Source: Blasia pusilla (Eukaryota). From it: 64,000 nucleotides of DNA. The stretch is from positions 11,160,001 to 11,224,000 of the forward strand of contig CM114271.1 in NCBI GenBank assembly GCA_050084515.1. The letters are read 5' to 3'. The notes under the pieces were generated by a model. That model was not told the origin of the DNA. It did no database searches and saw only the letters and a program-made list of their open reading frames with translations. The stretch's first letter is position 1. The number at the start of each line of letters is the position of its first letter. The position numbers were made by a program, and so were the translations under genes. Of the stretch, positions 1 to 10,596 are shown piece after piece.

Positions 1-389
1 CAAGGAACCATAGCTCCGCCGCCTCATGGCAAGAGGTTCAACAACGAGGGAATGACCTCTCAAGCTCTCTCTCCTTGAGGTATACCCCTCCCCTATCCCA
101 AGCTCTCTCCATGGTAACCTATTCTTCCAAGTCACCTTCTTGGCTCTTGACATGATGTAGGAGGTCAAGGGCCACTTACCAAAAATATAAAGTCGATCAT
201 ATACTCAAAATGGTACTTACCTAAAATAGTAAACTCAATATGGCTCCAAATGAGTCGAAACGAAGGGGAAACCTGCTCTCTCAGGTTTTGCGGGCCTCAG
301 CAGGTCATCGTCAACCTACTGAGCCTGTCCTCCACTACTCACGAAGGCGCTCTACTAGATCTCACCGATCTATCCTAAAAGACGTGACA
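1..389 (-). repeat. LTR 5' portion of a DNMT-Gypsy subfamily, running off the window edge
   Basis: Reverse complement begins TGTCACG and aligns by eye with 41184-41570 (e.g. GAGAGAGCAGGTTTCCCCTTCGTTTCG, GTTGAACCTCTT, GGCGGCGGA). Confidence 0.8.
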
Positions 390-403
390 ATTGTTGTGCG
401 CAT

Positions 404-507
404 TGTCGTGCGAATCCACATCGTCATACAACATACATCGCTGACATACCATACTCACATACATACATAACATAGACGAGAGCATCCACAAACATAAGTG
501 TACCATA
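404..507 (-). repeat. 104-bp module B, copy 2 (TG...TA, degenerate end)
   Basis: Near-identical to 800-903 (TGTCGTGCGAATCCACATCG...GTGTACCA). Confidence 0.9.
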
Positions 508-509
508 AC

Positions 510-797
510 TGAAATCTATGAAAGACCTACTGTCATAAAACACCTATAGAATCACATACAATCGAGCCAAACCCACTCCACGATGGGAGAATCTAGGTCG
601 CAGCTTGCGGGAAACACCATAGCCAAGAGCTCTACTCACTACCAAGGCTAACTCCCAACGCAACAGGCTCAACTCAAAGAACTAACTGTTCTTTGAGTGC
701 ACTCCACCTTATATCCTCCAACCTAAGAGCGGGCCCTACTAGAAAAGTCACCTACTAGCACACTATACTCTACGACATAATCCGTATGGTCATGACA
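510..797 (-). repeat. 3' LTR-like copy (module A2) with an 80-bp internal deletion
   Basis: Matches 9751-10118 end to end with TG...CA termini; lacks roughly 9993-10072. Confidence 0.88.
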
Positions 798-799
798 GC

Positions 800-903
800 T
801 GTCGTGCGAATCCACATCGTCATACAACATACATCACTGACATACCATACTCACATACATACATAACATAGATGAGAGCATCCACAAACATGAGTGTACC
901 ACA
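800..903 (-). repeat. 104-bp module B, copy 1 (TG...CA), directly after the PPT
   Basis: Minus strand reads TGTGGTACAC...GCACGACA, preceded by GGGGGGCGAGT. Confidence 0.9.
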
Positions 904-914
904 ACTCGCCCCCC
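904..914 (-). other. Polypurine tract
   Basis: Minus strand GGGGGGCGAGT immediately before TG, downstream of the integrase/PHD ORF. Confidence 0.7.
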
Positions 915-1084
915 TAACTGGCGGTTAGGTCCCTCTAACTCCCACGTAGCCCTATACATCTACTACATGCTATACACCTTCGTGGGTGCACGAATCAGAA
1001 GGTCGGGTGCTAGGTTGCCCCATCATTAGTCGCACATCTGTAATCCATATCATGCAAAGATCAAGTCATCTGCCTCTCCTAAAT

Positions 1085-2460
1085 ACATCAAGGACAAACC
1101 CACCTTCTAGTAGGAACAACATCCATACGTGGAGTCAAACACATCATGTGCCAACCCCTAGAACACCGATCACACACCAACATATGGGCTGCGTTACTAG
1201 CCGACCCACACAACATGCACCTCAAGCTAGCACGTATCATGGCTAAGCTTGGATCAACATTACCATCCACATTTGGAAGATGACATAGCGCACAATTATG
1301 CACATGGTCCTTCCAAACAACTCCATCACGACCCTCCAACATGAGAACTCCAGAAGCTAACACCTCGCGCACTCGTAAAATAGTACGGCCTGCCGTCACA
1401 TCCAACATTGTCGGTGCAATCTGCTGCAAATAGACATAGTCCTCCACATGGAACCTACAAATCGATGGTCGATAACCTCCATCATGAATGGTTGCATACC
1501 GCAACGTATCTCTATGTTGAGCAATGGCAAGATTCTCAAAGGCTGTTGGCATAACTCTCCGAAAGAGCTCTGCCTGCTGAGAACACACCCTCATCCACAT
1601 CTCTGGGTCATCAAGGTTCACCACCTCACTAGACTCCCGACAAATTGCTGCTGGCAAGTCTGGATCTCGGCCGTATAACAAAAAATAAGGTGAGAAGGAA
1701 TCCAAGGTGCTTGGCGACTGAACCTTTACCCAATTGCTAACCATGGCAACTGAATATCCCAGTCTCCAAGATGCCCCTTCTGTAGGCCATACTTGCGCAA
1801 TGCCCTCTTCACCGTCTAAACCACACGCTCAGCCAAACCATCCGCCTCTGGATGATCTTGAGACGTGGTCCGATGATCAATCAACGCCTTGTCACACAAG
1901 ACCTGAAACTCACCCTGAAACTCTGTACCCTGGTTGGTCAACACTTGAGCTGGTGCACCAAAATGACTAAGCACTCTATCAAGAAACGCGTACGTCGCTC
2001 CCTCACTTGCCTTGTCAGGTAATGCCACCAACTCAATCCACTTGGAGAAGTGCTCCACCATCACCAACACATATTGATGATGTCAAATGCATCCAATGTA
2101 ACGGTCCCACAAAGTCCACACTCCAACGGTAACCCAACCCCATAATAGGCAAGGGGTGTAACTGTGGTGTAGGGGCATTCAATGATGCCCTCACCCGGTC
2201 ACAAACCATACAACATGACACCAACTGCCGCACCTGAGTATGCATGCCACGCCACCAATACTGACCAAGGAGTAAGCTATACGTACGCTTTACCCCAAAA
2301 TGTCCCAACTCCTCATGGGCATGTCGTAGAATGCAATCTCTCTGAGCCAAATACGACACTACTCGTACTCTACCATCCTCCCACACACGGAGAATATGTG
2401 TTCCCTCTAATCAATACCCCTTAGCACATTGAAGAACACGGTCTCGCTTCTTGGCACTCA
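1085..2460 (-). pseudogene. Gypsy integrase with C-terminal PHD finger
   Basis: HEELGH...CMVC zinc-binding motif; WSVDFVGP, VLTNQGTEF and ADGLAER core motifs; terminal CMLC-x11-CDRC-x4-H-x2-C...WVCP. Several frameshifts. Confidence 0.9.
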
Positions 2461-4199
2461 CTATGCCTGGCACCCTACTGGTCCCCGTAGGAACTCCAAC
2501 ACCAACGCATCATCATGAATATCACGCTGATCCGTACCACCATCTCCAACCTTAGGATCTGAAGGTTGGCCATCTACCCTCTGACTAGAGTAAGATGTCA
2601 TGTGGTCCTTCAGACTAGAGTCCACCCCTAACCAACATAAAAAGGCGGATGCATGCCAACCTAGCACCATCTTCTCATCAACCTTGCCATGCCATCTAGC
2701 CCCAGTTGCATCCTCTTGGCTAGTACATGGGTTCCTACTCAACCCATCGGAATCAAGGTTGGCAACTCTAGGTTTATGTACCACCTGGAAGTCATACTGC
2801 TGTAAGATAAGAGCCCACCATGCAAGCTTCCATGTAAGCTTATCAAACTCCATCAACCACTTGAGCAGTTGGTGATCAGTAACAAGGGTAAACTGTGTGC
2901 CAAACAAGTAACACCTAAAGTGTGCCATAACCCACCCTATTGCCAAGCACTCTCCCTCTTATGAACTGTAGCACGACTCCGCTGGATTATTCGAACGACT
3001 TGCATAGGCCACCACAAACTCCATGTGCTCATCATCATGTTGTGTCAACATCGCTCCAAGTCCCAACCTACTCCAATCAGTGTGTAACTGAAATGGGTGC
3101 CCTCTAATAGGTCTCCTCAAGATAGGCGTCGTCACCAACTGGGCCTTGAGCTCCACAAAAGCTCTCTCCTGATAATCTCCCCAGTGCCACTCCTAATCTG
3201 ATTTCAGCAATTGGTTCAAAGGCTTTGCCATAGCACTAAATCCCTTCATATACCTCCGATAGTAGTTCGCTAATCCTATGAATGCCCGAACTCTACTCAC
3301 ATCTACTGGACGAGGAATAAGTGCAATAGCCTCCACCTTTGCTTGTTGAACTCCCAAACCACATGGATAGATCACATGACCCAAGTACTCAACATCCTCA
3401 TGGAAGAACTTACACTTTCCTGGATGCAAACGTAGACCATGAGTTTCAACCGCTCAAACACAATCTGCAAATGTATCTGATGCTCCTCCACCATATTACT
3501 GAACACCAAGATATCATCAATGTAACACCAAACAAAATCCAACCCTGCTAGAATCCTCTCCATCACTCTCTGAAACTTGGCAGGTGCATTCTTCAACCCA
3601 AAGGGTAAGAATTTCCACTCGTACAAACAATCCTTGCCATGAGAGTTGACACCCCAAAATGATGTCTTGGCCTTGTCACTCTCTCGAATTGGCAACTGAT
3701 GATATCTTGCCCAAAGATCCAAAGTACTAAAAATCTTTGCATATCCCACCACATCAAAGATCTCCTCAGGTGTAGGCATAGCATACCTATCGGCCTTGGT
3801 CCGCCGATTGATAGGACGGTAATCTCCACACATCTGCCTATCCGTGTAGTTGCCATGCACATCCTTTTTAGCAGGCATGATAGTGGCTGATGCATACTCT
3901 CCACGCGACAACTCCACTAATCCAGCCTCCAAAAGGTCCAACGTCCTACTCTGAATCAGGTCCCTCTCCATATCACTATATCGGTAGGGACGACGGAAGA
4001 TTGGCGAACCACTAGCCAAATCAATCCGTATACCGGGTCCAACTAAAGCACCCAACTCCTTCATGCTAAAGGCAAAACAACTCCTATAAGCACGTAGGAA
4101 TTGTGTTAAGCTTCGTTTCTCATCTCTTCTAAGCTTGGGCCCAAGTAATGGCTCCCAAGTCTCCTCCAGTGGCACACTAGAGGGAGAGGATGACGCCAT
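2461..4199 (-). pseudogene. Gypsy reverse transcriptase and RNase H
   Basis: CGDYRPIN, LPFGLKNAPA, YIDDILV, YLGHVI, LHTDWS, LVTDHQ motifs. Confidence 0.95.
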
Positions 4200-4419
4200 T
4201 GGCTGCTAGGCAACCCCCTCACAAGATGGTACACCCTTAGTTACACCATCATCTGAGCAAATAACTCCTCCACCAGCATGAGCAACCAACTCCACATGCC
4301 CAAGGATGCAAAATACTATTCTCCTCGCCCCCAACCGATGTCTCTACCCTCCCGGTAGCCATCAAGCTCATCACAAGGGGTGGAAGACCCATAGACATAG
4401 TCCAAAGTCGACGCTGCTC

Positions 4420-5400
4420 AGCCATCCCAAGACTCAAAATCTAGGTCAAACAATTCAAGTCCATGGCCTGACCCAACACATGACGTCGTGAAGCCTCAGA
4501 AATGGAAGCAACCATTATCACACCAGTAGGAAATCCCATCGCACACTCTCTCTCATCAGCGTTAGGCTCCACCAATTGTCGCACATGAGAATCCCATACA
4601 AGCCCGGGACCACCTTCCATGTAGACATGTGACGAGGGAAAACTCACAAATGTGGGTAGTGCCATCCTAGGCTGGCCCACACGGTTCACCATTGCCATGG
4701 GTGACCGATCAATAACCCTCACCACCTGAGAAAGTCGCCCAGTATCCAAGATACTATCCACTATAAGGCAAGGATCCGCCAGCCTTTGCATCATATGCTC
4801 GACGTAGAACCTCCCTAGGCAACAAGTTTGTCCACCACAAGCGTGGACGATGTGCACGCGAGCCAACTCACGCTGCATCCAACAACACCGCTGGTCCAAT
4901 CCAAGACCGCACCTCATGAACACTCGCCATCATCCGGGTCCGAGTGTCACCCAACAATGGAACTTTCTCCGGAATGTAAGCTGGAGCACGTGCCTGATGA
5001 ACATGAAGATGTCGTAACACCCGTAACATATCCCAAAACAATCGAGATCTAGGGTCGTGTAATCCCTCATCACGACCAACACATGTATGACCCTGACATG
5101 GCCATGCAGCAATCACCAAATCCACAGGACCAACCCTCTCAAGGTCATGCGCCCCCAACAATGCAATGTGTGATGGCAAAGCACGCTGGTACCCACGAAT
5201 AGCTGATGGCGGCAACAACTCAGGATATCTCCGCATCAACTGACCAATATGTCGGGATGAGACTCTCTAGTCCGTCTCATCTTGCTCTACATACACGTAT
5301 CTCCGCAAAGGAATACCGGTTTGCAACACTGCAGCCAAACTAGTGCTAATCCCACCAAAAAGATCTAACACACAAATGCCCTCCGGCGGATACTGCCATA
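4420..5400 (-). pseudogene. C5 cytosine DNA methyltransferase domain (DNMT3-like) within pol
   Basis: Motif I VLDLFGGIS, motif IV DLVIAAWPCQG, motif VI-like YIPEKV, motif IX ERECAMGFP, motif X LGQAMDL, spread over frameshifted ORFs. Confidence 0.88.
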
Positions 5401-5829
5401 CAATGGGTGTAGTATCCAAAGGGGATAACTCAACTGGACCAGAAGTAGGAGTCCGCCGTGGGGCTTCCTCTTCCTCGTGAGGTATAACAGCCTCACACGA
5501 AGCCTCCTGCACTAGGCCATCAGCCTCTTGCCGTAGTGCATCGCCTGAACTCCAAAGTGGCACATCCAACGATGAGGATGCCACTGCTGCAAAACTAGAG
5601 ACCTCCTCTACCTCCTCATGCACAGGAGAATCCATAGCAGAAACATTAACCTCCAAAAAGTCTCCTGGCCAAGTGACTACTCCACTAAAACCAGCCAGAG
5701 ATGCTAACACCGTTGGGGAAGATCCTCTTGGTCGAGCCCCATAAATAAATCTCACAGGAACGTGGCTCATGCGTCCATCCCCGGACTTCCAACTAGGTCT
5801 ATAAGACGATGTCTGAGTCCAGTAGTCCA

Positions 5830-6125
5830 TCTATTGCTCCTCCAACTAGTACATCATACGACTCGGCTAATGTGACCACAGCAGGTACACCCAACTGGGA
5901 GCTATCAGTCGCATGATCTTGTCTCAATTGTACAGACAACTTCTCCCGTGTCATGAATTGAGACCTATCATTGGCTCCTCCAAGTGATGTTTGAATCTAG
6001 AATGGGCAAGGCTCAAGCTCTGACCTCCGAATACCCAAACCAATACATGCCGCCTTTCCCAACATCAAAGGTTGGGCACCAGAGTCTAACAAGACTCTAT
6101 CTGGTCTATACACTTGTCTTGTAGG
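5830..6125 (-). pseudogene. Aspartic protease
   Basis: Minus strand TTGTTAGACTCTGGTGCCCAACCT = LLDSGAQP; the same motif is intact in ORF 43773..44570. Confidence 0.75.
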
Positions 6126-6127
6126 AC

Positions 6128-8236
6128 TCACCAATCGGAATATCCCACTGCGGTTGTCCAACATACATACCCAGGTGTAAGCCTCTCACGATCAATGGCT
6201 GGCCGGGCTGGTAATGCATCCATCTTCGCCATTCTTTGCCGCTCGCTAAGTAGCTTGGTACTCAATGCTACACCTAACATAGAGTGTCGCTCCACCACAA
6301 CACCCTCATCCACCTCAGCACGTGTAGCAGTAACACCCCCACGTTCACACAACGTGGCTGCTAGCTGAAATACATGAGCTAAGTCAACTCCTAAAGCCAT
6401 CAGCTCAGTGGATGAAAACAATAGGGATCCCAACATTGAAGTTGCCATCCGCAATATTGCAGTGGATGCTGCATTCGTGTATACTACACGCGATGTAGAT
6501 GCCTCAGTCCCCACTGTAGGCTCAATAGGCTGTGTAGGAACCATGGATGGAGTCCTAAGCACCTCACACAACAAGAATGACTGGGGAAGCCTAGCCTGCC
6601 TCCTAGCCTCACCCCTATGTGGGTCCAACTCCACAGTAGCACCACGTGGCTCTGACGCTCGAGTGGCTCCTCTCGTAACTGCAGTTGATGCCTCAACCTG
6701 TGCTACACTCGCCATATAAGAGAGATCATCCCCTCCATAAGAGGTGGAAGCCCCTGCTCCCGAACCTGCTCTATGCTGGATACTAGCCATAGTAGCCAAC
6801 TTCTGCTCCAAGTGCTCAATCCTGGTAGTCATAGCTGACTCTGTCGTCGTGGTAGGGGTAGCCACCGTAGGCTCTCCAACCACTAGTCCACCTCTACCAC
6901 CCCTACCACCTCTACCACCTTGGCCTCTCGGAGCTACTCCACCACGGCCGCGGCCTGATCTCAACTCTAGATGAAGATCAAAGCAACGCTCTCAAGGATG
7001 ACCTGGTCTCCCGCAATGATCACATTGAGTTGGGGCCGACTGAGGCCCATCCTCCAAAGTCCGTCTCCCATCTTCTTAGGGACAAAACCTCCTAACATGA
7101 TCACCTCCACATGTCCAACATGACTGTCCTTGTTGCGGGGCAGCAAATGAAGGCAATGGTCTCTGCGCAAGTGTCCCTGTAGGACCTGACCGAGGTCGTG
7201 TGTACCCCCCACGACTCCCACTACTACTACCACCACCACTACTGCGAGACTGTGAGGTGGACTGCTGAACACGAGAAGTAGTAGTTGTATCCCTACTAAA
7301 TGCGGATGTCATCACTCTCTCCTTCACCATGTTAAGCTCAATCTTCTTAGATAGAGCAAACACATGGGCCAATGTGGGTGAATCATCACTCATAAGAGTA
7401 GCATCACGTACCGTGCGGCGCAACTCTCTGTCCAAGATCCCATACCAAAACTGGACTGCCTGAGCCTCAGTCACACCCTGGGTAACTAAAACCAAGCGTC
7501 ATGTACGAGTGTATGCCTCACGAAGACTCTCACCAGTCTTTCGCTCAAATTCCTGAAGACTCCTCAACTTCTTTGTCTTCACTCCCTTATAGTTCTTCTT
7601 CAACCTCTTGAAGAACTCTGCAACCGGGCTGAACGATGGTGGGGCACTAGTACCGCCACTGGTACCTCCATGGGTACCTCCACTAGTACCCCCACTCCGG
7701 CTTGTACTCGTACTACTCAACGTCCGGCTGGCTGGCATAGTAGGAGCACTACTACCAATACCACCATGGGTGATAGACACATAGCCTGAAGACCAATATT
7801 GTCTCCACGCCTCAATCTCAGCAACATGGTCCTTCCTAAACTCATGGTAATCATCCATGGGTGGTCCCTCCAAGTGCTGAAACAACCCCTTCTAAGCCAA
7901 GAAGGGTGTAAACAACGTGGCATTCCGCAACATCTGCATATCACACCACGTATCAAACTCCTGCATGAAGTCCTCCAACTCAATGGTGCCCATTGCACCT
8001 GAGTATCATTGTGGGCCCTTCATGGCCCCATATATCTCGTCCATGTCCCAAATCAATGGAGCTGCAACACTCAATAACAACGTAGAAGACTCGATGTTTG
8101 GAACATCCTCGTCCTCCTCTTCATCAACCGTCGGAAGTGGAAAAGGTAGTCGATACTTCAATCCACTCCATATAAAACCACCATTGTCCGCACCACGGTC
8201 CCCAACTAGACCACCAGACAGCTCCGTGATGACCAA
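6128..8236 (-). pseudogene. gag (capsid-like region, zinc knuckles, RGG tract)
   Basis: QEFERKTGESLREAYTR major-homology-like segment, CWTCGGDHVRRFC knuckle, RGG repeats. Confidence 0.8.
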
Positions 8237-9750
8237 CGTCGATGCCGCACCACCACCAAATTACCACCACTAAGTAACCAAGTGACGTCAATGTCGCTGT
8301 ACTATTCTAGCTCTACTAACTATGGGTGTAGAAAACCTAACCTGTCATCACCACAAGAAGCCTCCCACGGTCTACTGGTCATCACACCAGCCTCACTACC
8401 GGTAGCACACAAGAGTAACACTACTTTGGAAATCAGCGTCAACCCTAACAATGGGCGCGCAAGCAAGAAGCAACGATGGAGGGGATCCAAACACAGGAAG
8501 TCCAATGACAATCCTCCAATTGCAAATGGAAATCAAGGTAACACAATCCACCAAACATGGCGCCCCCTGAATCCACAGAACCCACCACAAAATTCAAACG
8601 CAATAGCTACTCCGCCGCGGGTTGATGACGTGTTAGTCGGACTCGCAGCACCTAAAAATATCACCTGCATGGAGAGGCTACACCGTACTATGCGCTAGAG
8701 GTCCATCAACCAAAAACCTAAGATGCATAAAGCGCCTAACACATCTCCGAACAGCACCAAATGAGCTACATCAGTGTGTACACTAGCATAGTTAAGAACT
8801 CAGCAGTTAAGCGTCTTCCAAGCATAATAGCCCAAAGATGGGTCACCAGTTATGCAACACTCAAATCACAAATCCTGCAAAAACTGCCTCACACCCAAAC
8901 ACCTCCTTACTCCCTACTCTGCCTCTCACGCCCACTCGCCCCGAGCTACCACGAGTTGCCTCGAAGCCTCGAAACGTCAAGAAATGCTCTAGACATGCCC
9001 CTATCGCCCCGTTCGCCACGCTTCGCCATGCTTTGCTATGGAGAGAGGCCCAACCAGGGCGCCGCCAATGGGATAGGCATCTCCAACAAGAGACAAATCA
9101 CCAACCAACCAGCCCCTCCGATCTGCTGTCCACCATAGCCAGACCTTGAGCCAATCCGCAAAATTTCAATCAGCAATTACTCCAAAAACGCTCAACCAAA
9201 ATTGAATCTGTTTCAACCAGAATTCAATTGACCACCATAGCTATCTCTCCAAAAAAATCAGCTCTAATTGAGCTGTGTACTCTGAGCTAAAAATCAGACA
9301 AACTTGTTGTCCATACACCTCTAGAATCGCAAATCCGATAGTGCTTCCGCCCAGATTCATGCACGCAAAAATCGGCAACGATCCACACACTCAAGCAAAT
9401 AGCTTCACATGAGATCACAATACAAGTAGCAACAAGAACCTCTCACCCAATCTGGATGAACTTCAATAGAGCTTTTGCACTCCAAGCTCTCCACATCAGA
9501 AAACGGTGGAACACGAACCAAAATCTTCAATCCTTGATAACTTCCAACTCCCTTGACGAAATCCGGCGATCTAAAGCGCGTTGGAAAGCTCTCAGCAAGA
9601 CGCTTTTTTCCCAATCAACCATGCATCAGATTTCCACCTCCAACATAGGCCACAAGCCATGAACATCCACGACTGAGTACACAATCAACCCTAACCAGAT
9701 CCTACTGATCCACAATCGAAGCTACCATTGATCTACTCTAGTTCTTTGAG

Positions 9751-10118
9751 TGAAATCCGTGAAAGACCTATTGTCATAAAACTTGTTTAGAGTCACATAC
9801 AATCGAGCCAAACCCACTCCACGATGGGAGAATCCAGGTCGAAGCTTGCGGGAACCATCATAGCCAAGAGCTCTACTCACTATCAAGGCTAACTCCCAAC
9901 GTAACATGCTCAACTCAAAGAACTAACTGTTCTTTGAGTGCACTCCACACTATATCCTCCAACCTAAGAGCGGGCCCTATTGGAAAAGTCACCCTCAATT
10001 GAGTAATCCCCAACCCTATGTATGAAACCGCATCTCTACCTAGACACTACGGCCCTACATAAGGTATGGCCTCTACTAGCACACTATACTCTACGACATA
10101 ATCCGTATGGTCATGACA
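9751..10118 (-). repeat. 5' LTR (module A1), 368 bp
   Basis: Minus strand TGTCATG...GATTTCA; duplicated at 510-797; lies upstream of gag. Confidence 0.88.
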
Positions 10119-10560
10119 ATTGCCATTTCCACCGTTGTCATGTGATGAGGAAATGGATGGAGCACGATTGCCCTCACACAGAAATATGTATCCAATGAAT
10201 TTGGGCGCTCCTCTACAAACTGCGTCCACGCCATGTACCTATGGTTCCCATCCCAGATGAAGAAGTAGAGGTTCCGCATCCAGGTATATTGGGTTCCTTC
10301 AATCACTCTTCTTAATTCCTGATCTCTCATCCTCCAGAATATGTCCAAGGCCTCCAAGTCTTCTTCCGTCACCAGAGCTTGCATTCCATGTTCATCGTAA
10401 GGCTAAACATAGAACGGAGGAAAGCTATCAACGTAGAATATTGTCACTACCGATTGCTTCATCTTTGTAAAGTCCTCCTCCGAATGAATTTCGCGGATGT
10501 ACTCCATTTTCCGCAGTCGACAGAGTGGAATTCTTGGGGACTTTTGGCCCTCCAACGTCG
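10119..10560 (-). pseudogene. Extra, diverged copy of the ParB-like exon, cut by the Gypsy LTR
   Basis: PRIPLCRLRKMEYIREI...FFIWDGNHRYMAW...TTVEMAI, paralogous to 13371-13847. Confidence 0.8.
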
Positions 10561-10596
10561 GAGATATACAATCTGGAGACAAGAATAGAGCCTTAC

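Larger units (their letters stand above)
404..10118 (-). mobile_element. Ty3/Gypsy LTR retrotransposon, gag-AP-DNMT-RT-RH-INT-PHD, degenerate
   Basis: Direct repeats at 9751-10118 and 510-797, PPT at 904-914, and Gypsy domain order in minus-strand ORF fragments. Confidence 0.92.

Noticed and set aside
390-403. Target-site duplication for the first Gypsy
   Set aside because: Left flank (CGCAT) does not match right flank (ATTGC at 10119-10123).
8282-9740. Extra genes in the Gypsy 5' leader
   Set aside because: Short ORFs mostly antisense, no motifs, and not conserved in copy 2.
404-10118. DIRS/Ngaro tyrosine-recombinase element, suggested by the methyltransferase and split repeats
   Set aside because: A DDE integrase, aspartic protease and PPT are present; no tyrosine recombinase motifs seen.
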